The notes: a model not told the origin generated them from the letters alone. 64,000 bases of DNA from an uncultured Acidobacteriaceae bacterium (GCA_963799445.1 CAWCXX010000044.1:11989-75988); one strand, 5' to 3'; numbered from the stretch's first letter, positions 1-9,806 are shown. Numbers and translations are program-made.

Positions 1-573
1 CGCGGGAAGCAGAATCTCCAGTGCCGCGGGTCCGCCGGTGGAGACGCCAATGGCCAGCGCCGCTGGAATGGAAGAGATGGCCTGTGTTTCGAGCGGAGGC
101 GCCGGAAGAGGACTCTGCGAAGGCCGCGCGCCGCCGGGAAAGAACTGTTGCTGCTGCTGGATGAAGAGGGCGCGAATTTTTGAGAAAAGGTCCTGCGAGA
201 GCGCCTTGATGGCCGATTCGCGGCTGGCATGGCCGGCCGGCTTGGCCACATAGTCGCTGGCGCCGCAGGCCAGGGCTTCAATCGTGACCTTGGCGCCGCG
301 CTGCGTGAGTGAACTGCACATGATGACCGGCATTTTGTGCCCCTGCGCGCGCAGTTTTCTCAAGGTCGCCAAGCCATCCATCACCGGCATCTCCACATCC
401 AACAGGACCAGATCGGGACGGAGAGATTGGAGGACGCTCAACGCTGTTTCGCCATCGCCCGCGGCGCCGGCCACCTCAAGGCCGGCATTGGACATGATGA
501 CCGAGCGCAGCAGACTGCGCATGACGGCGGAGTCGTCAACAATCAGGATGCGAATTTTCCGGCTGGCCGCCAT
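1..573 (-). CDS. cheB: Chemotaxis protein-glutamate methylesterase CheB (5' part; runs off window)
   Basis: Read by hand on the minus strand from ATG at 573: MAASRKIRILIVDDSAVMR...LVLLDVEMPVMDG (REC), later ALAIGVSTGGPAALE (CheB catalytic STGG motif). Not in ORF track because truncated. Confidence 0.92.
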   Translation of the reverse strand, partial: MAASRKIRILIVDDSAVMRSLLRSVIMSNAGLEVAGAAGDGETALSVLQSLRPDLVLLDVEMPVMDGLATLRKLRAQGHKMPVIMCSSLTQRGAKVTIEALACGASDYVAKPAGHASRESAIKALSQDLFSKIRALFIQQQQQFFPGGARPSQSPLPAPPLETQAISSIPAALAIGVSTGGPAALEILLPA

Positions 574-576
574 CGC

Positions 577-945
577 TCAGGCCTCCACCAGGCCGAGCAG
601 GGCAAGTTTTTCCTGGAGCGCCTCGTCATCGAATGGCTTCATCAGATATTCGTCGGCGCCGGCCTCCAGAGCGCGCAGGATATAGTCGTTCTCCGCTTCC
701 GTGGTCACCATCATTACCTTCAGGTCGCTGTATCCATCGGCGCGCAACTGGAGCAGCGTCTCAAGCCCATTCATGATCGGCATGTTCCAATCCACAAGCG
801 CCAGGTCAAAGTGCATGCCGGTGTGCAGATGTTCCAGCGCGGCGCGGCCGTCGGGCGCTTCGTCGCACTCGATCCCCTTCTCTTCAAGCAGACCGCGCAG
901 AAAGTCCCGCACAAAACGGGAGTCGTCGACGATCAGTGCTCGCAT
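577..945 (-). CDS. cheY: Single-domain response regulator CheY
   Basis: MRALIVDDS...LVDWNMPIMNG...VMMVTTE...EYLMKPF; AGGAGG RBS upstream of ATG at 945; inside che operon. Confidence 0.9.
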   Translation of the reverse strand: MRALIVDDSRFVRDFLRGLLEEKGIECDEAPDGRAALEHLHTGMHFDLALVDWNMPIMNGLETLLQLRADGYSDLKVMMVTTEAENDYILRALEAGADEYLMKPFDDEALQEKLALLGLVEA

Positions 946-986
946 GGTTTCCTCCTGACAAAAGCGCCTGCGGCGCCGTTTACCTC

Positions 987-1475
987 CTATGCCGCCTGGC
1001 CCGCGCCCGCGCTCAGATGCAATGGGTCCAGCCTGTCCGGATCCAGCATCACGAGCAGGCTGTCCTTCAGTTTGTAGGCCCCGGCCAGCAAGCCCCTGCG
1101 GCGCTCGTCGAGAGTCGAGGGATTGGGCTCGTAGTCGGCTGTGCATACTGTCAGCACCTCGCCCACAGAGTCCACCAGCAGCCCGAAAATTCCCCCTGCG
1201 CTCTCCAGCACCAGAATGTCCTGCGCGCCCTCGTGCGGCGGAAGGTCCAGCAGTTGCCTCAGGCTCACGGTTGTGAGCACGTCGCCGCGATAGTGAACCA
1301 GGCCGCCCACATAGTCCGGAGCCAATGGAACGGGCTGGGGCTTTGTGGCGCCCACAATCTCAAGAATGTGCGTGATGGGCACGCCGAACAGCGTGTTGCT
1401 TAGGCGTACGGAACAAACCTCAACCAGCGCCTCCGCCTTCTGCTTGCGATGCAATGCGGTTCCCGTCGTACTCAT
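987..1475 (-). CDS. cheW: Chemotaxis adaptor CheW
   Basis: FGVPITHILEIV...VPLAPDYVGGLVHYRGDVLTTVSL...FGLLVDSVGEV; start overlaps cheA stop (ATGA). Confidence 0.9.
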   Translation of the reverse strand: MSTTGTALHRKQKAEALVEVCSVRLSNTLFGVPITHILEIVGATKPQPVPLAPDYVGGLVHYRGDVLTTVSLRQLLDLPPHEGAQDILVLESAGGIFGLLVDSVGEVLTVCTADYEPNPSTLDERRRGLLAGAYKLKDSLLVMLDPDRLDPLHLSAGAGQAA

Positions 1476-3778
1476 GCGACTGCCTCCGCCTTTTGCGTCC
1501 ACTCCGCAGGCGAGTTTTCAGCGGCCGGCAGCGGAGCCACCGCACCCAGATCGACCACGCCGGTCACGCGATTCTTAAGCAGAGTGACGCCTTCTGTCCG
1601 CTCCCCTGTGCCGGCCTCGAAGAGGCTGCTGCCCGCGGCCACGTCGAGTACATGCGAGACGGCGATGCCTACATGGCGGCTGCCTTCGCGGCATACCACC
1701 ACCACAATCTGAGCCTCGGGATGCTCCTGTGCCGCGGCCAGAATACCGCCCGCATCCTCGACCGGAAGCAACTGGCCCTCGAAGTTGAGGACGGGCCGGT
1801 AGCCGATGTACTCGATGCGCGACAAGGGGAGCTGCTCGATGCGCAGCACATCGGCCAGCGGCACGGCGGCGTGACGTCCGGCGGCCTCAACCAGCAGATA
1901 CTCTTTCTTGGCGCCGTCGTCCTCGTTTTCTTCCTCTACTGCGCCTGCGGCCTCGTCTTTGCTGCTCATGGTCACCCCGGCCCGCACGGCGATCGATCCG
2001 GGATCGAGAATCAGCGCCAGGTCGCCGCTGCCGAGAACCGTCGCGCCCGAGTACAGGCCGATATCTTTTAGCACCGCGCTTAACGGCTTGACGACGATCT
2101 CTTCGGGATCGGCAAGCGAGTCCACGACCAGGCCGAAGCAGCGCCCGTCGGCGTCCAGCACGGCGATAAAGTTGTCGCGGCCCTCGGCCAGTTTGCAGGC
2201 GAGTTTGCACTCGCGGTCAGGCATCAGCAAATGTTCAAGAAAGACCAGCGGGAGCAGCCGGCCGCGCAGCCGGTAAAGCGGCGCGCCTTCGATCCATTCG
2301 ATGGCTGTCGCTGTCCGCTCGGGCGGAATGTGCACCAGTTCGGAGAGCGAGCCTTGAGGCAGGGCGAAACTCTGGCTGAGGCTGCGCACAATCAGCGCGG
2401 GAATGATGGCCAGCGTGAGCGGAATGCGCAACTTCAGCGTGGTTCCGTGGCCGGACCGCGAGTCGATCTCGACCTTGCCGCCGATCTTTTCCACGTTGGT
2501 GCGGACTACGTCCATCCCCACACCGCGCCCGCTCACGTTGGTGACGGCTGCGGCAGTGGAGAAGCCGGGGAGGAAAATCAGTTGCAGCAATTCGCGCTCG
2601 GGGAGCAGCGCGGCGCGCTCCGGCGTAATCAGCCCGCGCTCGATGGCCTTCTGGCGCACCTTCTCGACAGCAATGCCCGCACCGTCGTCGCAGACCTCGA
2701 TGATGACGTGGCTGCCTTCATGGCTGGCGCGCAGCTTCAACATTCCTTCAGGGTTCTTGCCCGCAGCCTGACGCACATCGGGCGGTTCGATGCCGTGATC
2801 GAGTGAGTTGCGTACCGCGTGTGTGAGCGGGTCCTTGATGGCCTCGAGCAGGCTCTTATCGAGCTCCGTCTCCTGGCCCTCCATCTGCAGGCAGACGCGC
2901 CGCCCCAGCGACTGGGAGAGGTCGCGGACCATGCGCGGCACCTTGGAGAAAACGTTCGAGACTGGTTGCATGCGCGCCTTCATCACCGACTCGCGCAGGT
3001 CGGCTGTGACCATATCGAGGCGGCGCGAGAGCACGGTCATGTTGGGATCGGCGGCCGTGGCCTGCAAGACCTGGTTGCGGGTAAGCACCAGTTCGCCCAC
3101 TAGATTCATCATGCGGTTGAGCAGGGTTACGTCGACGCGCAAGGTGCTTTCCGCTGTGGTTCCAGCCGCCTGTGTGCGTGCTTTGCCGGTGTCGGCGGCC
3201 GCAGCGGAAGTTGCGGCGGGCGTGGCTTCCGTCGGCTCGGGCACGGGCTTGGAAGGCGCAGCCCCGGACGGAGCGGGCGAACGAGCTGCCGCGGGCGCGG
3301 CCGTGGCCGGCGCAACAGGCCTTTGTGCAGGAGGCTCGCTGCCGGTATACTCTTGCGCGGACGGCGTACCGCCCTTCGCATGTACCAGCTTCTGCGCTCG
3401 CACCGGGGCCTGCAACTCTTCCAGCCATTCGATGAGCGTAGCGTCGTCTCTGCTGCCCTCGCCTCCCTCGGTCTCGATGGTCCTGAGAATGCCGCGCAAT
3501 CCATCGAGCAGTTGCAAGAGCGCGGTGATGACGGCAGCGTCCGCGATCATTTTCTCGTCGCGCAGCAGGCCCAGCAGGTTCTCGCCGGCGTGTGCCAGTT
3601 TTTCGAGGCGCTTGAAGCCCAGAAACCCCGTGGTTCCCTTGATGGTGTGCACGGAGCGAAAGATTTCGCCGAGCAGGGCCGCATCGCGCGGCCGCTGCTC
3701 CAGGTCGGTCAGGCACCGCTCCATGCGGTCCAGACCTTCCTGGCTCTCAATCAGGAACTCCCTCGTCAGATCGTCCAT
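1472..3778 (-). CDS. cheA: Chemotaxis histidine kinase CheA (Hpt, dimerisation, HATPase, two CheW-like domains)
   Basis: IFRSVHTIKG Hpt motif, DPLTHAVRNSLDHGIE, GFSTAAAVTNVSGRGVGMDVV. Confidence 0.96.
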   Translation of the reverse strand: MDDLTREFLIESQEGLDRMERCLTDLEQRPRDAALLGEIFRSVHTIKGTTGFLGFKRLEKLAHAGENLLGLLRDEKMIADAAVITALLQLLDGLRGILRTIETEGGEGSRDDATLIEWLEELQAPVRAQKLVHAKGGTPSAQEYTGSEPPAQRPVAPATAAPAAARSPAPSGAAPSKPVPEPTEATPAATSAAAADTGKARTQAAGTTAESTLRVDVTLLNRMMNLVGELVLTRNQVLQATAADPNMTVLSRRLDMVTADLRESVMKARMQPVSNVFSKVPRMVRDLSQSLGRRVCLQMEGQETELDKSLLEAIKDPLTHAVRNSLDHGIEPPDVRQAAGKNPEGMLKLRASHEGSHVIIEVCDDGAGIAVEKVRQKAIERGLITPERAALLPERELLQLIFLPGFSTAAAVTNVSGRGVGMDVVRTNVEKIGGKVEIDSRSGHGTTLKLRIPLTLAIIPALIVRSLSQSFALPQGSLSELVHIPPERTATAIEWIEGAPLYRLRGRLLPLVFLEHLLMPDRECKLACKLAEGRDNFIAVLDADGRCFGLVVDSLADPEEIVVKPLSAVLKDIGLYSGATVLGSGDLALILDPGSIAVRAGVTMSSKDEAAGAVEEENEDDGAKKEYLLVEAAGRHAAVPLADVLRIEQLPLSRIEYIGYRPVLNFEGQLLPVEDAGGILAAAQEHPEAQIVVVVCREGSRHVGIAVSHVLDVAAGSSLFEAGTGERTEGVTLLKNRVTGVVDLGAVAPLPAAENSPAEWTQKAEAVA

Positions 3779-4005
3779 GGCCCACACTCATCCAGCCGGC
3801 CGGGATGGCGCACCCCGCATGGCAAGTCACCAATTGGTTTATCGGAGAGACGGCGCTCAACTTGAGGAAGACAGGGAACAAGGGTCCGGGGGAACAAGGC
3901 AACGAGAAAGTAGCGCCTGCCGGCCGGTGAAGGGTATACATCTGGCGTCGAAATGCTTTAGCCTCTTATCCTTGCTTCATGCGAACATAGGGCAGACGCA
4001 CTGAA

Positions 4006-4419
4006 ATGACGAAACTGACTGAGCCGGAACTCGCAGAGCTGGTGGAACGGGCGCGGAAGGCCGCGCAAAACTCCTATTCGCCCTACTCAAAGTTCCGCGT
4101 AGGCGCCGCGCTCCAGCTCACCAACGGCGAAATCGTGACGGGGACGAATGTTGAAAATGTGAGCTTCGGGTTGACGATTTGCGCGGAGCGGGCGGCGCTG
4201 GTGCGTGCGGTTTCCCAATTCGGGCCGGAGATTCGGATCGCGGCCGTGGCCATTGCGAACCTCAACGGCCTGGCCAGTCCTCCCTGCGGCGCCTGCCGGC
4301 AGGTCCTCGCCGAATTCATTCTGCCCGACGCTCCGGTGGCGTTTCCGATGGCGGACGGAATGCGGACGATGGCCTTCAGCGAATTGCTGCCGCTGGGGGC
4401 TGAGATGAAATTGAAGTGA
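4006..4419 (+). CDS. cdd: Cytidine deaminase
   Basis: SYSPYSKFRVGAAL, NVEN, CAER, PCGACRQ zinc motifs. Confidence 0.95.
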   Translation: MTKLTEPELAELVERARKAAQNSYSPYSKFRVGAALQLTNGEIVTGTNVENVSFGLTICAERAALVRAVSQFGPEIRIAAVAIANLNGLASPPCGACRQVLAEFILPDAPVAFPMADGMRTMAFSELLPLGAEMKLK

Positions 4420-4440
4420 GGTTACGACGGGAGGACGGCA

Positions 4441-4860
4441 ATGAAGCGGTGGACGGCGATAACGACGATTTTTGCTTCCAATGTAATAACCTGCGCCGTT
4501 GTCTGGTTTGTCCTCAGCAGATTCGAAAAGCAGAATGAACAAGTCGGGGTTTCGCACCGCGAGGCCATTTATCAGTCGATTCTCCAGTCTTACAATTTGT
4601 CCGTAAAAGTCGGAATGACACGGGCGCAGGCCCAAGACTCCCTGCGAGCGAGGGGTGTCCAATTCGGCGAGATTTGCTGTCTTGAACAAGGCGCATCCGA
4701 TGCAGAAATCACCAAGATCGGTTTTGAGACCGGGCCTTGGTACTGTACAGGCTATGACGTCTACGTGGCGTTCCACTTCAGCGGCCCGCTTGCATCGCAA
4801 AATTCCACGGACGTACTCAAGAAGATTTCGATTGAGTCTCTGCCGGTTGACTGTCTCTGA
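4441..4860 (+). CDS. Hypothetical membrane-anchored, Cys-containing protein
   Basis: 139-aa ORF with GGGAGG RBS, N-terminal hydrophobic segment, several Cys (EICCLE, PWYC, DCL); more AT-rich than neighbours. Confidence 0.6.
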   Translation: MKRWTAITTIFASNVITCAVVWFVLSRFEKQNEQVGVSHREAIYQSILQSYNLSVKVGMTRAQAQDSLRARGVQFGEICCLEQGASDAEITKIGFETGPWYCTGYDVYVAFHFSGPLASQNSTDVLKKISIESLPVDCL

Positions 4861-4893
4861 TCGAGACGTGTCTCATGCAGTATTCTTATTGCC

Positions 4894-6291
4894 TTGCACT
4901 TCAGAGCAAAAACCATGCCTCCCGACTCCGCTCCCCCGCTGCACATGATCGACATCATCCGCAAGAAGCGCGACGGAGGCACGCTGGATGCGCGCGAGAT
5001 TGAATTTGTGGCGCGTGGCGCAGCCGCTGGCTCGATTCCCGCGGACCAGCTTGCAGCGTGGCTGATGGCGGCGTGGATCAAGGGGCTCTCGCTCAGCGAA
5101 ACGCGCGCGCTGACGCTGGCCATGCGCGACTCGGGCGAGAAGTTTTCGCCGGCGCGGCTGGGCAGGCAAGCTGTGGACAAGCACTCCACGGGCGGGGTCG
5201 GCGACAAAACCAGTTTTCTCGTCGCGCCGCTGGCGGCGGCTTGCGGCGTGGCCGTGCCCATGATCAGCGGCCGCGCGCTGGGCCACACCGGCGGAACGCT
5301 GGACAAATTGGAGGCGATTCCCGGTTACCGCACCGCGCTCACGCTTGCCGAATTCGAGGCAGTGCTCGAGAAATGCGGCGCGTCCATCGTGAGCCAGACA
5401 CCGACGCTGGTGCCCGCAGATCGCGTGCTCTATGCGCTGCGCGACCGCACCGGGACGGTCGAAAATCCGGGCCTGATCTGCGCGTCGATTTTGAGCAAGA
5501 AGCTGGCGGCGGGGCTGGACGCGTTGGTGCTGGACGTGAAGACCGGCTCAGGCGCTTTTCTGCGCAAACTGGAAGACTGCGAGTTTCTGGCGGCGCTGAT
5601 GGTGGCCACGGCCGAGGCCGCGGGGACGCGCACGGTGGCGCTGCTGACGGACATGAGCCAGCCGTTGGGGCGCGCGGCCGGTAATTGGATCGAGCTGGTC
5701 GAGTCGGTCGGGTTGCTGCGCGGGCAGCGGCCTGCGTGGAGTGAAGATTTGCGCGAGCTGTCTTTAATTCTGGCCGGATGGATGATTCATCTCGGCGGGC
5801 AAGCGGAGTCGCCGGAGGCCGGCTACAAGCGCGCCGAAGCGGCGCTGACGGATGGCTCTGCTCTGCGCATCTTTTTCGCAATGATCGAGGCGCAGGGCGG
5901 CGACGCAAGCGTCTTCGACGATCCCGCATTTCACAAGCCCGGCGCGACCGTGGTAGTGGACGCCTGGGAAAGCGGATTTGTCGCGGAGATGGATACGACC
6001 GCGCTGGGCTGGGCCGTGCAGCGCACCGGCGCGGGGCGCGAGAAAGCCGAAGAACCGGTCGATCCGCACGCGGGTATCGAGTTCCATGCTCGGCGCGGCG
6101 CGCGCGTGGAGCACGGACAACCGCTGGCGACGATCTACGCCACCAGGCCGGAGAGGCTGGCCGAGCCGGTGGCAATTCTCAAACAGGCTATTCGCTTCTC
6201 CAAGAGTCCGCCGCGCGCAGTGGTTCCGCTGGTGAGCCGCATTTTTGCGCGCGACGCGGCGGAGAAGTATCTGAAAGACAGTGGTCAGTGA
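4894..6291 (+). CDS. pdp: Pyrimidine-nucleoside / thymidine phosphorylase (true start probably slightly downstream)
   Basis: DIIRKKRDG, VDKHSTGGVGDKTS, MISGRALGHTGGTLDKLEAIPG, SILSKK. Confidence 0.95.
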   Translation: MHFRAKTMPPDSAPPLHMIDIIRKKRDGGTLDAREIEFVARGAAAGSIPADQLAAWLMAAWIKGLSLSETRALTLAMRDSGEKFSPARLGRQAVDKHSTGGVGDKTSFLVAPLAAACGVAVPMISGRALGHTGGTLDKLEAIPGYRTALTLAEFEAVLEKCGASIVSQTPTLVPADRVLYALRDRTGTVENPGLICASILSKKLAAGLDALVLDVKTGSGAFLRKLEDCEFLAALMVATAEAAGTRTVALLTDMSQPLGRAAGNWIELVESVGLLRGQRPAWSEDLRELSLILAGWMIHLGGQAESPEAGYKRAEAALTDGSALRIFFAMIEAQGGDASVFDDPAFHKPGATVVVDAWESGFVAEMDTTALGWAVQRTGAGREKAEEPVDPHAGIEFHARRGARVEHGQPLATIYATRPERLAEPVAILKQAIRFSKSPPRAVVPLVSRIFARDAAEKYLKDSGQ

Positions 6292-6551
6292 TCAGTGGTC
6301 AGTGGTCAGGGAATAGGGAATAGTGGTAAAGTGCTCATCATTTTTCATCTTCTAGCTTCGGATTGGCGATCAAGGCCGCGCGAGGGCTTGACGGTTCCTG
6401 TCAAGAAACCGACCACCGATCACTGATCGCTGTTCTTAAATCGGTTATCATTTTTCATCCTCTGGTTACCGGATTGGCGATCAGGCCCGTGTGTGAACGC
6501 GACTGATCCTGCCGAATGGACTGACCACTGATCACTGTCCACTAACCACTG
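6280..6551. repeat. Intergenic repeat complex: CAGTGGT/CAGTGAT heptamers, their inverted copies, and a ~41-bp direct repeat pair
   Basis: cagtggtcagtgatcagtggtcagtggtcagggaatagggaatag at ~6280-6323; ctgaccactgatcactgtccactaaccactg at ~6521-6551; atcatttttcatc..cggattggcgatca..gcc at 6337 and 6447. Confidence 0.8.
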
Positions 6552-6570
6552 CTTTGAGGAGGCAACCGCA

Positions 6571-7830
6571 TTGGCTCGATTCACAGGCATCTTGGGAATT
6601 CTGGCGGTGTTGCTGGCCGCATGGCTTTTCTCTACTGACCGCAGACACATTCGCTGGCGCACCATCGCCTGGGGAATCGGTTTGCAGTTCTGCTTCGCCT
6701 TCCTTGTATTGCGGTTCGGCCTCGGGCAGCAGGTGATGAGCTGGGCCGGAGACGTGGTGACCAACATGCTGTCGGCCACTTTTGCCGGAACCAAGGTGCT
6801 GTTCGGCGAGCTTGGCCTTCCCAATTCCGGCGCGTTCGGCAACATGCTGGGGGCGAATAAGGGCGCCATCTTTGCCTTCCAGGTGCTGCCCACCATCATT
6901 TTCATCTCCGCATTCTTCGCGCTCCTCTACCACATCGGCGTGATGCAGATCATCATCCGCGCCATGGCGTGGGTCATGCTCAAGACCATGCGCATCTCCG
7001 GCGCTGAAAGCATGAACGTGGCGGCGAGCATCTTCATGGGGCAGACCGAGGCGCCGCTCACCATACGGCCGTTTCTGTCGAAGGCCACGCGCAGCGAGCT
7101 GATGACCATCATGACTAGCGGCATGGCGCACGTTTCGGGCGGCATCATGGCCATGTACATTTCGCAGGGCGTAGAGGCGCGGCACCTGCTCTCGGCCGTC
7201 ATCATGACCTCGCCAGGAACGATTCTGATGGCCAAGATGCTGGTTCCCGAAACCGATGTGCCGGCCACCGAGGGCAAGGTGGTGATTCCCAAGAGCGAAC
7301 TGCATGCCGACGAGAACTTTATCGGCGCCATCGCGCGCGGCACCATCGACGGCGGCAAGCTGGCCATGAACGTGGCCATCATGCTGATCAGCTTTCTTGC
7401 TTTGGTGGCGCTGCTCGACAGCCTGCTGGGCTGGACGCACGGCCTTGCCTATATGCACTGGGTTCCCGGCTCGCTGGAGCAGATTCTTGGCTATGCCTTC
7501 GCTCCGGTCGCGTGGCTCATCGGCGTTCCCTGGCACGACTGCATGGCCATCGGCAACCTGCTGGGCACGCGCATGGCGCTGAATGAGGTGATCGCGTATA
7601 TCGGGCTGGGCGCGCTGAAGGCCTCGCTGGCTCCGCGCTCCTTCACCATCGCCACCTTCGCGCTGTGCGGCTTCGCCAACCTGGGCTCGATCGGGATGCA
7701 GGTCGGAGGCATCGGCGCGCTGGTTCCCGAGCGGCGCAACGACCTGGCGCGGCTCGGTGTGCGCGCCATGCTCGCGGGAACAATGGCGAACCTGATTTCG
7801 GCTTCGATTGCGGGGATGTTTCTGGGGTAA
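6571..7830 (+). CDS. nupC: NupC/CNT family concentrative nucleoside transporter
   Basis: FAFQVLPTIIF, SIFMGQTEAPL, NEVIAY, FALCGFAN; TTG start after GAGGAGG. Confidence 0.93.
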   Translation: MARFTGILGILAVLLAAWLFSTDRRHIRWRTIAWGIGLQFCFAFLVLRFGLGQQVMSWAGDVVTNMLSATFAGTKVLFGELGLPNSGAFGNMLGANKGAIFAFQVLPTIIFISAFFALLYHIGVMQIIIRAMAWVMLKTMRISGAESMNVAASIFMGQTEAPLTIRPFLSKATRSELMTIMTSGMAHVSGGIMAMYISQGVEARHLLSAVIMTSPGTILMAKMLVPETDVPATEGKVVIPKSELHADENFIGAIARGTIDGGKLAMNVAIMLISFLALVALLDSLLGWTHGLAYMHWVPGSLEQILGYAFAPVAWLIGVPWHDCMAIGNLLGTRMALNEVIAYIGLGALKASLAPRSFTIATFALCGFANLGSIGMQVGGIGALVPERRNDLARLGVRAMLAGTMANLISASIAGMFLG

Positions 7831-8015
7831 ATTTTAAGATAATTGGGGGCAGATCCAATGGAGTCGTATTGGGAGGTAGTAGGGCCACTGTTCTCAATCA
7901 TTGATTACGGGAACGGCCCTGAGGCATTCGCGAAGTCGGCCACCGCGCTCGCGCATTCTTCTGTCATTCTGTTCTCTGCCCACATGTGTCTTGCCAAACT
8001 TTCCCTCACCCATCA

Positions 8016-8044
8016 TTGACACTTCGCAAATTGCGAAGTAAAGT
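8016..8044 (+). promoter_or_regulatory. Sigma70-type promoter of higBA with palindromic operator in the spacer
   Basis: TTGACA (8016-8021), 17-bp spacer, TAAAGT (8039-8044); palindrome ACTTCGCAA-A-TTGCGAAGT at 8021-8039. Confidence 0.75.
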
Positions 8045-8050
8045 AAAACT

Positions 8051-8392
8051 GTGCACATCATCACGGTCAAGCGCCTGCAAGAGGCGTGTGAGAGGTATCG
8101 TGCGGCCAGCCGGGAGATCGGCGCCTGGATCAAGATCGTGAAAGCAGCCCGATGGCGTAATTTTGGAGAGCTGCGAGCGAGCTTTCCCGACGCCGACGAT
8201 GTGGACGGTTTTGTGGTTTTTAATATCCGGCGCAATCGCTATCGGCTCATCGCGGCGGTTCATTACGCAAAGGCGATTGATGGGCGGTTGACGCTGGGGC
8301 ATGTCTACATCGGGTCGTTCATGACGCACAAAGAGTACGACCGATGGTGCGCGTTAACACAGAAACGGAGAGCGGAATGGCTACAGTTTTAG
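8051..8392 (+). CDS. higB: HigB-family (RelE-like) mRNA interferase toxin
   Basis: MHIITVKRL...WIKIVKAARWRNFGELRASFPDAD..FVVFNI..NRYRLIAAVHY...FMTHKEYD; toxin-first order. Confidence 0.88.
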   Translation: MHIITVKRLQEACERYRAASREIGAWIKIVKAARWRNFGELRASFPDADDVDGFVVFNIRRNRYRLIAAVHYAKAIDGRLTLGHVYIGSFMTHKEYDRWCALTQKRRAEWLQF

Positions 8393-8775
8393 CGAACCCG
8401 GCCAGGATGATCGAGCGCGGCGCTCCTCACGTGATCGAATCAGAGGAGCAGCTTGCGGACTATACCAAAGCTCTCTACCGGCTGACCGCCGAGCCGCGCC
8501 CCACACGTGCGCAGTTGAAGGCCATCGAACTGTTGACGCTGCTGATCGAGCGCTACGAAGAGGAACAATATTCGGTTCCGAAAGCGTCACCGGCCGATGT
8601 GCTCCGCTTCCTGCTCGAACGGCACGGGCTGAGGCAACGCGATCTGGCCGCGGAACTGGGCGGGGAAAGCGTGGTCTCCGAAGTTCTCTCGGGAAAGCGC
8701 AGGTTGAACACGACGCACATTGAGCATTTGAGCAGGCGGTTCCACGTGTCACCCGCCGTATTTTTCCCATCCTGA
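8377..8775 (+). CDS. higA: HigA-family antitoxin, XRE HTH
   Basis: LLTLLIERYEEE...PADVLRFLLERHGLRQRDLA..SVVSEVLSGKRRLN..HIEHLSRRFHVSP; overlaps higB stop. Confidence 0.88.
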   Translation: MATVLANPARMIERGAPHVIESEEQLADYTKALYRLTAEPRPTRAQLKAIELLTLLIERYEEEQYSVPKASPADVLRFLLERHGLRQRDLAAELGGESVVSEVLSGKRRLNTTHIEHLSRRFHVSPAVFFPS

Positions 8776-8783
8776 GAGAGGCC

Positions 8784-9236
8784 CTATCCCGGGTACGCTC
8801 CCGTGATGTACCCCTCCAGCGCCTGGATGGTGTGCTCCTGGCCGGAGATGACCCACTTCACCATGTCTCCGATGGAAACGATGCCTATCACCTTGTCGCC
8901 TTCCAGCACGGGCAGATGGCGGAAGTGGCGTTGCGTCATCAAGTTCATGCAGTCGTCCACAGTGTGCCGCGGGGTGACGGAAACGACCGGGCTGGTCATG
9001 ATTTCGCGCACCTTGGTACTGATCGAGTTGTGGCCCAACAGGATGCACTTGCGCGCGTAGTCGCGCTCCGACACGATGCCCACCAGCTTCGGCCCTGACA
9101 TGACCATCAAAGCGCCGACGTCGTGCTCGGCCATCAGCGACAGGGCCTCGCGGACCGTCTGCTCCGGGGAAATAGGCAGGATCTTGTTGAACTTCTTTTG
9201 CTTGAGCACCAGGTCGATAGTCTCGGTAGTTTTCAT
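8784..9236 (-). CDS. CBS-domain (tandem) protein
   Basis: TVREALSLMAEHDVGALMV..LVGIVSERDY; MTQRHFRHLPV..VIGIVSIGD; GGAGG RBS. Confidence 0.92.
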   Translation of the reverse strand: MKTTETIDLVLKQKKFNKILPISPEQTVREALSLMAEHDVGALMVMSGPKLVGIVSERDYARKCILLGHNSISTKVREIMTSPVVSVTPRHTVDDCMNLMTQRHFRHLPVLEGDKVIGIVSIGDMVKWVISGQEHTIQALEGYITGAYPG

Positions 9237-9415
9237 CGGGCCCTCCTCCAGCCTTGGGCGGTGGCGCAATCGGAGTGCTCACTCCGCCCTTTACGGCCTA
9301 TATCGCTGTGGAAAAGCAGTATACCGCGGCTTGCACACCGCTGTCGCACGAATCCTTCCACATCCTGCGATGGAACAAAAGATCGCGTATTCATGTTCCG
9401 GCCCGGTCCTGTAAG

Positions 9416-9712
9416 TCAGGCTGGCGGGCGCACCTTGACGGCGCGCAAGCGTCGGATGCGGTAAACCACGGTCAGGAAAGTGACCGTGCCGCAGGTGAGG
9501 AAGCTGGCTCCCAGGCCGACGATAAGGGAATTGTCGCGCTGGTAGATGCCGTGAATGACGCCGATGACCTGCAGGATGCAGAAACCACCGAACGTGACGA
9601 GCGAGACGCCCTGATCGCTCTTTTTGCGCCAAACGGCGAGGGCCTGGGGCACAAACAGCATGGCGTTGCCGATCAGGGCGAGTCCGAAGACGAAGGCGAC
9701 GATTTGTTTCAT
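9416..9712 (-). CDS. PQ-loop / SemiSWEET-like small transporter
   Basis: ~98 aa, 3 hydrophobic helices, FVPQALAVWRKKS..GVSL motif. Confidence 0.75.
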   Translation of the reverse strand: MKQIVAFVFGLALIGNAMLFVPQALAVWRKKSDQGVSLVTFGGFCILQVIGVIHGIYQRDNSLIVGLGASFLTCGTVTFLTVVYRIRRLRAVKVRPPA

Positions 9713-9806
9713 GCCCCATGGTCTCATTCGGGGCAAGGCGGCGGGGAAACAGGGCCTGGACCGGGGTTTTTCTAACTCATAAGACCTTTGGATACTGTGA
9801 CTTATC

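Noticed and set aside
2808..4004. Long antisense or alternate-frame ORFs (e.g. 2808-4004, 41005-42918, 51602-52795, 55204-56313)
   Set aside because: They are shadows of real genes in high-GC DNA and have no recognisable motifs.
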